Part shown: positions 41,901 to 48,163 of the stretch, piece after piece
How the letters are laid out: the number at the start of each line of letters is the position of its first letter
Position numbering within the stretch: position 1 is the stretch's first letter
Source: Gammaproteobacteria bacterium
Lineage (GTDB): Bacteria > Pseudomonadota > Gammaproteobacteria > Burkholderiales > SHXO01
DNA length: 64,000 bases
Direction of reading: 5' to 3'
NCBI GenBank assembly: GCA_041488355.1
Contig: JBGPPC010000001.1
Span: 1,758 to 65,757, forward strand
Notes under the pieces: model-generated
Seen by the model: only the letters and a program-made list of their open reading frames with translations
Databases searched by the model: none
What the model was told of the DNA's origin: nothing
Translations under genes and position numbers: made by a program

Positions 41901-41955
41901 GCCGATCGACCCGATAGCCCGGTGGCAGCGCGAGCCTGTGCAGTGCTTCACTCAT
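35911..41955 (-). CDS. 2014-aa multidomain sensor: degenerate Ser/Thr-kinase-like domain, AAA_16/STAND P-loop NTPase, TPR-like region, GAF, PAS, HisKA/HATPase and receiver
   Basis: Motifs in order: kinase-like VLLKAL..IIHCNVSPDSF..LIDLS..YMAPEQ; Walker A GFSGVGKS and LVLFLDDLQWAD; GAF; PAS (DAIFVCDLEDRVTYWNKGAERLYGW); H-box GIAHDLNNILTPI; N/G boxes (LNARDAM, DTGAGI, GKGTGLGLS); receiver (VLVVDDE..VLTDWMMP..LPKPY). Confidence 0.9.
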   Translation of the reverse strand: MSEALHRLALPPGYRVDRLVLRTATHVVYRARRVEDDRPVLLKALPREFPSAADLASLRRERELMHLLAPSSGATGSALEKSFHGLVLVLDDGGGEPLRNWIGIGSREPATFLELAIRVTGTLRALHDSGIIHCNVSPDSFLVEPETLRVQLIDLSLARQPALDGSGESQSPPTEGSLVYMAPEQTGRVNRALDHRTDLYSLGVVLYELLTGKAPFLSTDPLELVHSHIARALTPPGQVDPAIPLPISNIVVKLLAKTAEARYQSAHGLEADLQACLSQWRSTGTIETLDLGRHDARGSLQPTRRLYGREPEIARLLAACERARQGTCELLLVSGFSGVGKSALVNEVRGPVTREGGLFITGKFDQLKRNVPYSSVAQAFQQLIEQLLTQSEDEVAAWRIRLLEALGPNGQVIVEVIPEVGLIIGVQPALPKLPPMESQNRFDLVFERFVRVFTQEHHPLVLFLDDLQWADPATLKLLETIVSQRAIQHLLVVGAFRDNEVPAGHPLLETVALIGTRPDAVSRIEVLPLPLEELNRLIADAMGCEPADVESLARLVQQKTDGNPLFVIQFLKSLHQDQLVRFDHAAGRWRFDVERIEQTGMTDNVVTLMAGRIQRLPQAARQALMLAACVGNEFALKTLALARQVPVRETAQDLWPALREGLILPLGRRQEPDEEDIAPQVETAEEHYRFLHDRVQQAAYALIPDERKRELHLQVGRLMWQHLSVPEREDKLFHIVNHLCYGSELIEAADERLRIAEMACAAGRKAKASAAFPAALAYFTAARALLPAEPWSRDYSIAFPLYLELAECQYLCGQFGEAQDSFSLLLQQAHGRLDRASVHDLRVLQYESLSRYADAIRTGHDGLALFDITFPDAPEARQNALDREVAIIESLIGVRSIESLIDLPPMRDPEQRSVLKLLANLHTPCYLSGDKTLTLLNTATMVRLCLEHGNMEDSAYAYVLFAAMFLGPVREDFEAAYAFGKLAIRVNERFEHRALRARVLMMFAWAISLWRMPLQDSIPITREAFRLGNETGLFVDAAYALFNEIWFALLSGSDLDKFCATYPANVDYMNRVKMHHFAGGQQVILQWGRALNGLTVGPTTFTDDSFDEERYLQTYRGHSLFEMFYFVAKLAVLYTFGDYPGACAAACEARRVIRDFPGTIWDELTVFYHALSLTACYRSLPEAERKAADATLENCALRLQHWAENSPHLFRAQHLIVSAELARIHDDATAALGLYEAAIEFAAGQECSREAGLASELYARFWEDRKQDQIAALFIAQAYQCYRQWGAWAKVRQLEQRYAQGQPQPLEDQPRYGLSADSPDSSLPPAGAQSSALDITAVLKAAQAISREIVLEKLLQSLMRTVLESAGASRGALVLEKNGQWVIEAEGAANEDGARVLQSIPVESSERLSGGIVNYVRRTCQAVVIDDAEHDERFARDPYVVGKRAKSILCVPILNQGKLTAILFLENDLTAGAFTPKRLEIIQILSSTIAVSIENARLYVDMEQEVAERKRAEQQVRDQAMLLDKAGDAIFVCDLEDRVTYWNKGAERLYGWPAHQALGRPLPEVVIIDGGSDRNEEATRSVLQRGEWTGEINQRTRGGEDVIVQSRWTLVRSATGQPASVLMINTDITEKKRMEEHFLRAQRMESIGTLAGGIAHDLNNILTPIILAADTLQGNRHAQMNPQLLDMIQVNARRGAEIASQVLAFARGVEGKRLTLDPRHLLEEIGQIARQTFPRAIEIQIDSPAPIWPVAGDPTQLHQVLLNLALNARDAMPHGGTLRFSAQNFSVDEHYARLYPDAVPGRYVLVSVSDTGAGIAPQLIGRVFEPFFTTKEIGKGTGLGLSIVAGIVRSHGGFVNVWSEPGRGSRFEIHLPALASAEVSDTEPRSELPEGHGEHVLVVDDEASVLEVTRTTLEAHGYRVTTAQDGTEALAEYARLGNVMDIVLTDWMMPYMDGAATIRALQKLNPEVRVVVCSGLHASGNAPEFSGLPVAGFLPKPYTAQRLLTTLREVLQHH

Positions 41956-43258
41956 CGAGCGGTACCCAGCGCGTGCCGTCGAATCGGACCATGCGCGTTT
42001 GCTCGATCGGCAGATAGTCCGTCGGGCTGGTGTTGATCTTGATCCCCGGCAGCAGCATCGGCAGCTCGAGGTCCTTCAGATTCGCCGCCTGGCGCATGAC
42101 GTTCTCGCGGGTGAGATCGCTGCCGCAGCGCTCGAGGACATGGACCATGAGCTGCGCCGCCGAATAGCCGTATACATTTTGGATCTCGTCGACGTCGCCG
42201 TCCGCGAAGTACTGCGCCATCCAGGCCAGGTAATCCCGCACGACGCGGTCGTCCTTCCAGCGTGGGTCCGTTGGGCTTTTCCAATAGGCATCGGCGATCA
42301 ATCCCACGGATTTGCTCAAACCTGCCGGCTTGAGCACCGTGGCGATGGACGCAACCGCGCTCGGAACGAAATGCTGCGGCCTCCAGCCCACATCATAAAC
42401 CTTGCGTATCGCTTGAGAGGCAAACCTGGCGGTGGAGAAATTGAAGAACGTGTCCGCGCCCGAGGCCTGGAGCGAAATGATCTGCGAGTCCACCGTCGGA
42501 TCGCTGGTCTCGTAGGAAGCGGCCGCGACGATCATCTTGTCGGCCCTCTCGCCGAGCAGATCCTTCAGGGCCATCAAGTACTCCGTCCCGTAGTCCGTGT
42601 TTTCGTAGAGGACGGCGATCTTGGCGTTGGGGCGATGTTTCAACAGGTACCCCACCTCGTCGGCGATGTTGGTCCTTTGGTTCGGGGCCAGCGCCATGGT
42701 CCAGGGGAAGTTCTGCGGGTCGTGCCATTTCATGCCGGTGCTGGCGATGAACAGCTGGGGCACCTTGTTGGCGTTGAGATACTTGTGCACGGCCGCGTTT
42801 GGACTGGTACCGAGCGAGCTGAATAGGAGCAGCACCTGCTCTTGCTCGACCAACCTACGCGTATGCTCCACCGTCTTCGGGGGGCTGTATCCGTCGTCGA
42901 GCGAGATCAGCTTGATCCGCCGCCCGTTGATCCCCCCTTCGGCATTTACTTTGGCGAAGTAGGCCGCTTCCGCCTTGCCGATCGTTCCGTAGGGTGAGGC
43001 CGGACCGCTGTAGGCCATCGTCTGGCCGATCTTGATTTCCGAATCGGTTACACCCGGACCGTAATTATTTGCCGCCAGCACCGGCGCAAAACAGATACCG
43101 ACGCCGAGCACCGTCGCTCCCAGCACGGCCGGGAATCTCTCCCGGAATACTGTCCTCGTCGTCTCCGGTGTTCTCTCGGCGGCGGCTCGTCGGGCGGGAT
43201 CCTGGCTGTCCGGGCTCGGCATGGGACACTCAGCGCGTTGGGGGTGACCGGATCTCAT
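41948..43258 (-). CDS. LivK-type (branched-chain amino acid family) periplasmic binding protein, with no cognate transporter genes nearby
   Basis: The signal/anchor is VLGATVLGVGICFAPVLAANNYGP, followed by IKIGQTMAYSGPASPYGTIGKAEAAYFAKVNAEGGINGRRIKL. Its stop overlaps the sensor start (ATGAGTGA). The true start may be ATG 43222. Confidence 0.85.
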   Translation of the reverse strand: MRSGHPQRAECPMPSPDSQDPARRAAAERTPETTRTVFRERFPAVLGATVLGVGICFAPVLAANNYGPGVTDSEIKIGQTMAYSGPASPYGTIGKAEAAYFAKVNAEGGINGRRIKLISLDDGYSPPKTVEHTRRLVEQEQVLLLFSSLGTSPNAAVHKYLNANKVPQLFIASTGMKWHDPQNFPWTMALAPNQRTNIADEVGYLLKHRPNAKIAVLYENTDYGTEYLMALKDLLGERADKMIVAAASYETSDPTVDSQIISLQASGADTFFNFSTARFASQAIRKVYDVGWRPQHFVPSAVASIATVLKPAGLSKSVGLIADAYWKSPTDPRWKDDRVVRDYLAWMAQYFADGDVDEIQNVYGYSAAQLMVHVLERCGSDLTRENVMRQAANLKDLELPMLLPGIKINTSPTDYLPIEQTRMVRFDGTRWVPLDE

Positions 43259-43340
43259 TCAGCCAGCCGATGCGTTGGCAGCCGCGGCCGGTTTGATGGC
43301 CGATCGCAATACTGTCGATCCTGGTTAGAAAACCTTACGC

Positions 43341-43364
43341 AGTGCGTGAGACTTGCGTGACACT
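43341..43364 (-). promoter_or_regulatory. Tandem 11-bp direct repeat upstream of the binding-protein/sensor operon
   Basis: In operon orientation the sequence is AGTGTCACGCA AGTCTCACGCA CT, about 85-105 nt upstream of ATG 43258. Helical-turn spacing is typical of winged-helix response-regulator sites. Confidence 0.3.
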
Positions 43365-43469
43365 TGGCTGGCAAAGTGTACGCGTGTGCGGTGGATAACC
43401 GCCAGCCAACATAGTCTCCTCCCCTTCTGGATGGGCCGCGGGTCGTGGGATCCCCCCATCCACCTTCTT

Positions 43470-43682
43470 TCATGGCGATGTACGGAACCGAGCCGCGGAT
43501 GGACTCATGCTTCCAGCGGAGGTTTCACCCTCCTCATCCAATGTGACAATCGCGTTGAGGGCGGGGTTACGGCTGCGGATGCGTTCGAGATGTCCGTCCA
43601 CCACTTCGCATGCTGAAAGATTGCGCTGCCGGATGGCCGCGGCAAGCTCGTATACGAACGGGTAGACGGGCTTCTGCATCAC
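43470..43682 (-). pseudogene. N-terminal fragment of an amidase-signature enzyme
   Basis: ELAAAIRQRNLSACEVVDGHLERIRSRNPALNAIVTLDEEG matches the N-terminus of amidase (GatA-like) family proteins. Similarity then stops, and only ~70 codons are present. Confidence 0.5.
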
Positions 43683-43864
43683 GAACCTCTGCTCGTGTCA
43701 TCGCGCCACCGCCAGCCCAGCCGCTACGGTGAGCGGCAGCGCCCCTTTGCTGGGTCGCGACAGGGTGGGTCTGACCCTGCGGGAGTATACGCTCGCGTCC
43801 GGATGTGATGCCCTGACGCAGCGCCGCTCACCTACTTCTTTCTTTATCTCGTCGTGAAGGTTCC

Positions 43865-44122
43865 GTGATAACCGGCGCCGATACTGCGTCTCGTACGATC
43901 ACTTCAACCCAACAGGGGACGAACATGACGACGGCGACCTTCGCTAGCAACGTGATACCCCACCCCGCTCGGGGCGGCAGCCGGTCCGGCGCGGCATTGC
44001 GCTCTTTGATGCAATCCTGGGAGCAGGAAATACCGGCAGACGAGGAGGAAAGCGAGACCGAATTGATGGTGCTTCTGTCCGGGATGGTGAGCCCGGAGAT
44101 CAGCTTGCTAGGCGACGCATGA
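43865..44122 (+). CDS. Hypothetical small acidic protein (weak call)
   Basis: 85-aa ORF with an internal ATG at MTTATF. No motif recognised and no Cys. Confidence 0.25.
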   Translation: MITGADTASRTITSTQQGTNMTTATFASNVIPHPARGGSRSGAALRSLMQSWEQEIPADEEESETELMVLLSGMVSPEISLLGDA

Positions 44123-44334
44123 CGGGGCAACCATGGGCGGCGTGCAGGTGCACGCCCCCGCCCCTCTCCCGCAAGGGGAGCGGGGTGCCTCTCCCGAGGG
44201 AGAAAGCAGGTGTAGGCCACGTGCGATGCGCCCAGCAAACCGTTAGCCCCGCGTGACCATTTTGTGATTTCTCCCGGCCAGACTCCACTTGTCATCAGAG
44301 ACGCATCGCGTCCGCCAGATGAGAGGAGCCGAGG

Positions 44335-45207
44335 ATGGAGAACGCCCCCCGTCGTCCCGCTAGAGCCGAGCTGCCGCCCCGTGCCGGCATCGGGCTGCGC
44401 GCGCCGCACTATCGCGAGATCCTCGAGACCCGGCCGGATATCGGTTGGGTCGAGGTCCACAGCGAAAACTACTTCGGCCGCGGCGGGCAGCCCCTTCACT
44501 ATCTGGAGCGCGCACGCTGCCACTATCCGCTAAGCCTGCACGGCGTAGGGTTGTCGCTGGGTTCGGCCGACGGCTTGCGTCAAGCGCACTTGGTGCAGCT
44601 CAAGGCACTGGTCGAGCGCTTCGAACCAGCGCTCGTCTCCGACCATCTGTGCTGGGGCGCGATCGGCGAACGGCATCTGAACGACCTGCTGCCGCTGCCC
44701 TGTACGGAGGCAACGCTCGATCTGGTCTGCGTCAATGTGGTGCGAGCGCAGGAGTTTCTGGGTCGGCAAATCCTCGTCGAGAACGTCTCCAGCTACCTTC
44801 AATTTTCCGACTCTACTATCCCTGAGTGGGAGTTCGTGGGCGAGGTCGCCCGGCGTACCGGCTGCGGTCTGCTGCTCGATATCAATAATATTTATGTCAG
44901 CGCCATCAATCACGGCTTCGACGCGCTGCGTTATCTCGATGCGATTCCGGCGCACGCGGTGCGCGAGATTCATCTCGCAGGCTTCGACAGCAACGGCATG
45001 TGCCTCATCGACACGCATGGCAAACCGGTTGCCGGTCCGGTATGGAACCTCTACGGCGAGGCGCTGACCCGGCTCGGCCCGGTCCCTACTTTGATCGAAT
45101 GGGATACGGACTTGCCTCCGCTCGCGGTCCTGCTGCAAGAGGCCGCCAAGGCTCAGGAGATCTTGAATCAGTGGACACTGGAGACGACCCATGCTCTCGC
45201 TGCGTGA
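44335..45207 (+). CDS. bufB: DUF692 / MNIO-family (multinuclear non-haem iron oxidative) peptide-modifying enzyme
   Basis: 290 aa with a TIM-barrel DUF692 pattern and metal-ligand motifs HSENYF, HGVGLSLG, SDHLCW, ENVSSY, LLDINNIYV and EIHLAGF. GAGGAG lies upstream. Confidence 0.9.
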   Translation: MENAPRRPARAELPPRAGIGLRAPHYREILETRPDIGWVEVHSENYFGRGGQPLHYLERARCHYPLSLHGVGLSLGSADGLRQAHLVQLKALVERFEPALVSDHLCWGAIGERHLNDLLPLPCTEATLDLVCVNVVRAQEFLGRQILVENVSSYLQFSDSTIPEWEFVGEVARRTGCGLLLDINNIYVSAINHGFDALRYLDAIPAHAVREIHLAGFDSNGMCLIDTHGKPVAGPVWNLYGEALTRLGPVPTLIEWDTDLPPLAVLLQEAAKAQEILNQWTLETTHALAA

Positions 45208-45979
45208 GCAGCAGGCGGGCTTCGCGGCCGCTCTTTTCAATCCTGCCGCCGGCCGGTCGGCGCCAGGCATTCGCGCCGATGGCATCAGCCCCGCGGTGAG
45301 GCTCGGCTTTTACCGCACCAACGTATTCGAGAACTACCGCAAAGCCCTGGCAGCGACGTATCCCGCGGTGGAGAAACTGGTAGGGAGTGGGTTCTTCGCC
45401 GGCTTGGCTGAAGAGTACATCCGTCGCTATCCCTCGCACTCGGGCGATGTGGGCCGACACGGCGAGCAGTTTGGAGAATTCCTGCGCCGGCACGCTTGTG
45501 CACGCGAGTTGCCTTATCTCTCGGATGTCGCGCGCCTCGAATGGAACATCGACGAAAGTTTCAACGAAGCGGACCACGCGCCGCTTGCGCTCGAGCGGCT
45601 CGCCAACGTTCCAGAGGGGCAGCATGAGCGGCTGCGCTTCCTCCTCGCTCCGTCCTGCCGCCTGATGAGCTCGCTCTTCCCAGTGCATCGCATTTGGCAG
45701 ATGTGTCAGCCGGATTCCGACGGTGACGGCAACGTCGATCTAGGCCAGGGTGGCGCTGACTTATTGGTTCGCCGCCACGGATTTCACGTGATGGTTGAGA
45801 CCGTGCAGCCTAGCGAGTTCGCAATGCTGGTAGCGCTGTCTACCGGTCACGATTTCGCCGAAGCCTACGACATTGCGCACGGTGTGGACGGAGGCTTCGA
45901 TCCGGACACGTTTCTCCAGAAGCACGTGCTGTCCGGAGTCTTGGTAGATTTCATTCTGCCGGCTGACGCGTGGGTGTAG
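45191..45979 (+). CDS. bufC: DUF2063 protein (MNIO partner / precursor-recognition subunit)
   Basis: 262 aa. LGFYRTNVFENYRKALAATYPAVEKLVG..FFAGLAEEYIRRYPS..LSDVARLEWNIDESF is typical of DUF2063. It overlaps the DUF692 gene by 17 nt. Confidence 0.88.
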   Translation: MLSLREQQAGFAAALFNPAAGRSAPGIRADGISPAVRLGFYRTNVFENYRKALAATYPAVEKLVGSGFFAGLAEEYIRRYPSHSGDVGRHGEQFGEFLRRHACARELPYLSDVARLEWNIDESFNEADHAPLALERLANVPEGQHERLRFLLAPSCRLMSSLFPVHRIWQMCQPDSDGDGNVDLGQGGADLLVRRHGFHVMVETVQPSEFAMLVALSTGHDFAEAYDIAHGVDGGFDPDTFLQKHVLSGVLVDFILPADAWV

Positions 45980-46234
45980 TGGACGACCATTCTCGCGTTG
46001 CTCCGGTGTCGGAGCGCTCCATTTATGCTTCGACTCCGCGATGAAGCCGCTACGCTCAGCACGAACCGGGCGGGGTCGGCGGGTGATTTCACTGCTGTTT
46101 CTCCTCTCCTACCACCCGTGAGCAAAGCTTTAGCCTCCCGTGAGGTTTGCGTGATGTTTGATCTCGATACTGCACGCATCCGGAAAGCGACAAGCGCCCC
46201 GGTGATTCCCCAATCCAACCTTACGGAGACTGTC

Positions 46235-46525
46235 ATGAGCAAGACCAATTCGATCATCAATACCGCCTTCGCCAGCTTGTTGGCTGTGGGCTTGGCCGCC
46301 GGCGCCTCGCAGGCACTCGCCGCCAAGGGCGACAACGAGAAATGCGCCGGCATCGTCAAGGCCGGCAAGAACGATTGCGGCACCAGCAAGAACGCGTGCG
46401 CGGGCCAGGTGAACATGGACAAAGATGCCGAAGCCTGGATCTACGTCCCCAAAGGCACGTGCGAGCGCATCGTCGGAGGCCACATCCAGACCTCGTCCGA
46501 CGCCAAGCACGGCGGCAAGAGCTGA
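46235..46525 (+). CDS. bufA: DUF2282-type Sec-exported 4-Cys precursor (bufferin-like)
   Basis: GGAG lies 7 nt upstream. Signal peptide is MSKTNSIINTAFASLLAVGLAAGASQALA. The core is [25 protein letters not shown]...WIYVPKGTCERIVGG. The 175-aa track ORF from 45998 is an upstream over-extension. Confidence 0.88.
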   Translation: MSKTNSIINTAFASLLAVGLAAGASQALAAKGDNEKCAGIVKAGKNDCGTSKNACAGQVNMDKDAEAWIYVPKGTCERIVGGHIQTSSDAKHGGKS

Positions 46526-46692
46526 TCAGGAAAACAATCGGGACGGTCCGTCGCTTTGCATCGGACTCGCCCGTCTTACCCGCCCGGACGTCCGGCAGGA
46601 AGCGCAGCCGCCGGCACACGCAGCGTAAGCCACCCGGCCCCTCGCTTCCGCAGACGCCCGAGCCTCGTTCAAGGGAAATCGAAATGGAAATG

Positions 46693-47166
46693 ACCGTCAG
46701 TTCCACGCGCGCGCTGAATGCCGGGCAGCTGGTCCTTGCCGCAGCTCGTCGCCTCATCACGATCGCCGAGCAGTACGCGGCGCCCGTCCTCGACTTGATT
46801 ATCCGGATCTGGGTGGCCAAGGCGTTCTTTTTGTCCGGGCTGACCAAGATCCAGAGCTGGGACAGCACGCTGGCGCTGTTCGGGAACGAATATGCAGTGC
46901 CGCTGCTGCCGCCCGAGCTCGCGGCATATATGGGCACGTTCACGGAGCTGTTCTTCCCGGTGCTGCTGGTGCTGGGGCTCGGCACGCGCTTCGCGGCCGG
47001 CGTGCTGTTCGTGTTCAACATCATCGCCGTGATCTCCTACCCTGACCTGGGTGAGGTCGGGCTGAGGGACCATCAGTACTGGGGGCTGTTGCTGCTGATC
47101 CCGCTGCTGCACGGGCCGGGAAAAATCTCCGTCGATCACTTCGTCCGCCGCCGCTTCTGGAATTGA
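46693..47166 (+). CDS. DoxX family membrane protein
   Basis: 157 aa with four hydrophobic spans. VLDLIIRIWVAKAFFLSGLTKIQSW...LGLGTRFAAG is the DoxX pattern. It follows the precursor gene. Confidence 0.85.
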   Translation, partial: TVSSTRALNAGQLVLAAARRLITIAEQYAAPVLDLIIRIWVAKAFFLSGLTKIQSWDSTLALFGNEYAVPLLPPELAAYMGTFTELFFPVLLVLGLGTRFAAGVLFVFNIIAVISYPDLGEVGLRDHQYWGLLLLIPLLHGPGKISVDHFVRRRFWN

Positions 47167-47191
47167 GCCGCGCAAAACAAGGAAAGCCCAT

Positions 47192-48031
47192 ATGAACGCA
47201 GTCAACACAATGGATCGCACGGCCATGACTCTGCGAGTTCTCGAAGGTCAGCGGGCGGTGGTTACCGGCGCGAACTCTGGGATCGGAGAGGGCGTCGCGA
47301 AGGGTCTGGCCGACGCCGGTGCAAAGGTCATCGTCAACTACGTCAGCGCACCGGAGCAGGCCGAGCGGGTCGTCAACGAAATACGCCAGGCGGGCGGCGA
47401 GGCCATCGCCATCCGCGCCGACGTCAGCAAAGAGGAACAGGTCCAAGCCATGTTCCGGCAGGCGATCGAAGCCTGGGGCAGCATCGACATCCTGGTGAAC
47501 AACGCCGGGCTGCAACGCGATGCGCCGCTGCACGAGATGAGCCTGAAGGACTGGCAATTCGTGCTGGACGTGAACCTCACCGGCCAGTTTCTGTGCGCCC
47601 GTGAGGCGGTGCGCGAGTTCCGCCGCCGCGGGGTCCAGCCCGAGCTGTCGGCCGCTGCCGGCAAGATCGTCTGCATGTCCTCGGTGCACGACATGATCCC
47701 CTGGTCAGGCCATGCGAACTACGCGGCGTCGAAGGGCGGTGTGTCGATGCTGATGAAGACCATGGCGCAGGAGCTGGCGATGCACAAGATTCGCGTCAAC
47801 GCCGTGTCCCCGGGTGCGATCAAGACTCCGATCAACACCAGCGCGTGGGACACACCGGAAGCCGAACGGGAACTGCTCAAGCTCATCCCCTATTACCGGG
47901 TGGGCGAAACGCACGACATCGCACGCGCGACGGTGTGGCTGGCTTCGGACCTGTCGGACTACGTGAACGGCGCCACGCTGTATGTGGACGGCGGGATGAC
48001 GCTGTTCCCGGAATTCCGCGGGAATGGCTAA
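47192..48031 (+). CDS. SDR family oxidoreductase (glucose-1-dehydrogenase-like)
   Basis: TGANSGIG cofactor motif, NNAG, and a catalytic Ser (MSSVH) with YAASK. It begins 26 nt after the DoxX stop. Confidence 0.9.
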   Translation: MNAVNTMDRTAMTLRVLEGQRAVVTGANSGIGEGVAKGLADAGAKVIVNYVSAPEQAERVVNEIRQAGGEAIAIRADVSKEEQVQAMFRQAIEAWGSIDILVNNAGLQRDAPLHEMSLKDWQFVLDVNLTGQFLCAREAVREFRRRGVQPELSAAAGKIVCMSSVHDMIPWSGHANYAASKGGVSMLMKTMAQELAMHKIRVNAVSPGAIKTPINTSAWDTPEAERELLKLIPYYRVGETHDIARATVWLASDLSDYVNGATLYVDGGMTLFPEFRGNG

Positions 48032-48040
48032 CGAAAGGCC

Positions 48041-48156
48041 GTGACTCGTGGTTCGTGACCGGTAACCCCCCCGACCCTCCCCTTGAAGGGAAGGGAGCGC
48101 CGAGAGCTCACGTCACGAATTGCGAATCACGAGTAACGAATCACGAATCACGCCGG
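48041..48156. repeat. Heptamer-based inverted-repeat element, copy 1
   Basis: The left arm has phased ACTCGTG GTTCGTG. The centre is a GC hairpin (CCCTCCCCTTGAAGGGAAGGGAG). The right arm has phased CACGAAT TGCGAAT CACGAGT AACGAAT CACGAAT CACGCC and ends at the ribosome-binding site of the next gene. Confidence 0.8.
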
Positions 48157-48163
48157 AGGAACC

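Noticed and set aside
43828-44523. 231-aa minus-strand ORF spanning the spacer and the start of the DUF692 gene.
   Set aside because: It runs through the GC-palindrome and antisense to the well-supported MNIO gene, and it has no motifs.
45998-46234. Long N-terminal extension (the 175-aa track version) of the DUF2282 precursor.
   Set aside because: The extension has no signal-peptide logic. A GGAG ribosome-binding site and a canonical Sec signal peptide begin at ATG 46235, matching the length of the paralog at 33334.
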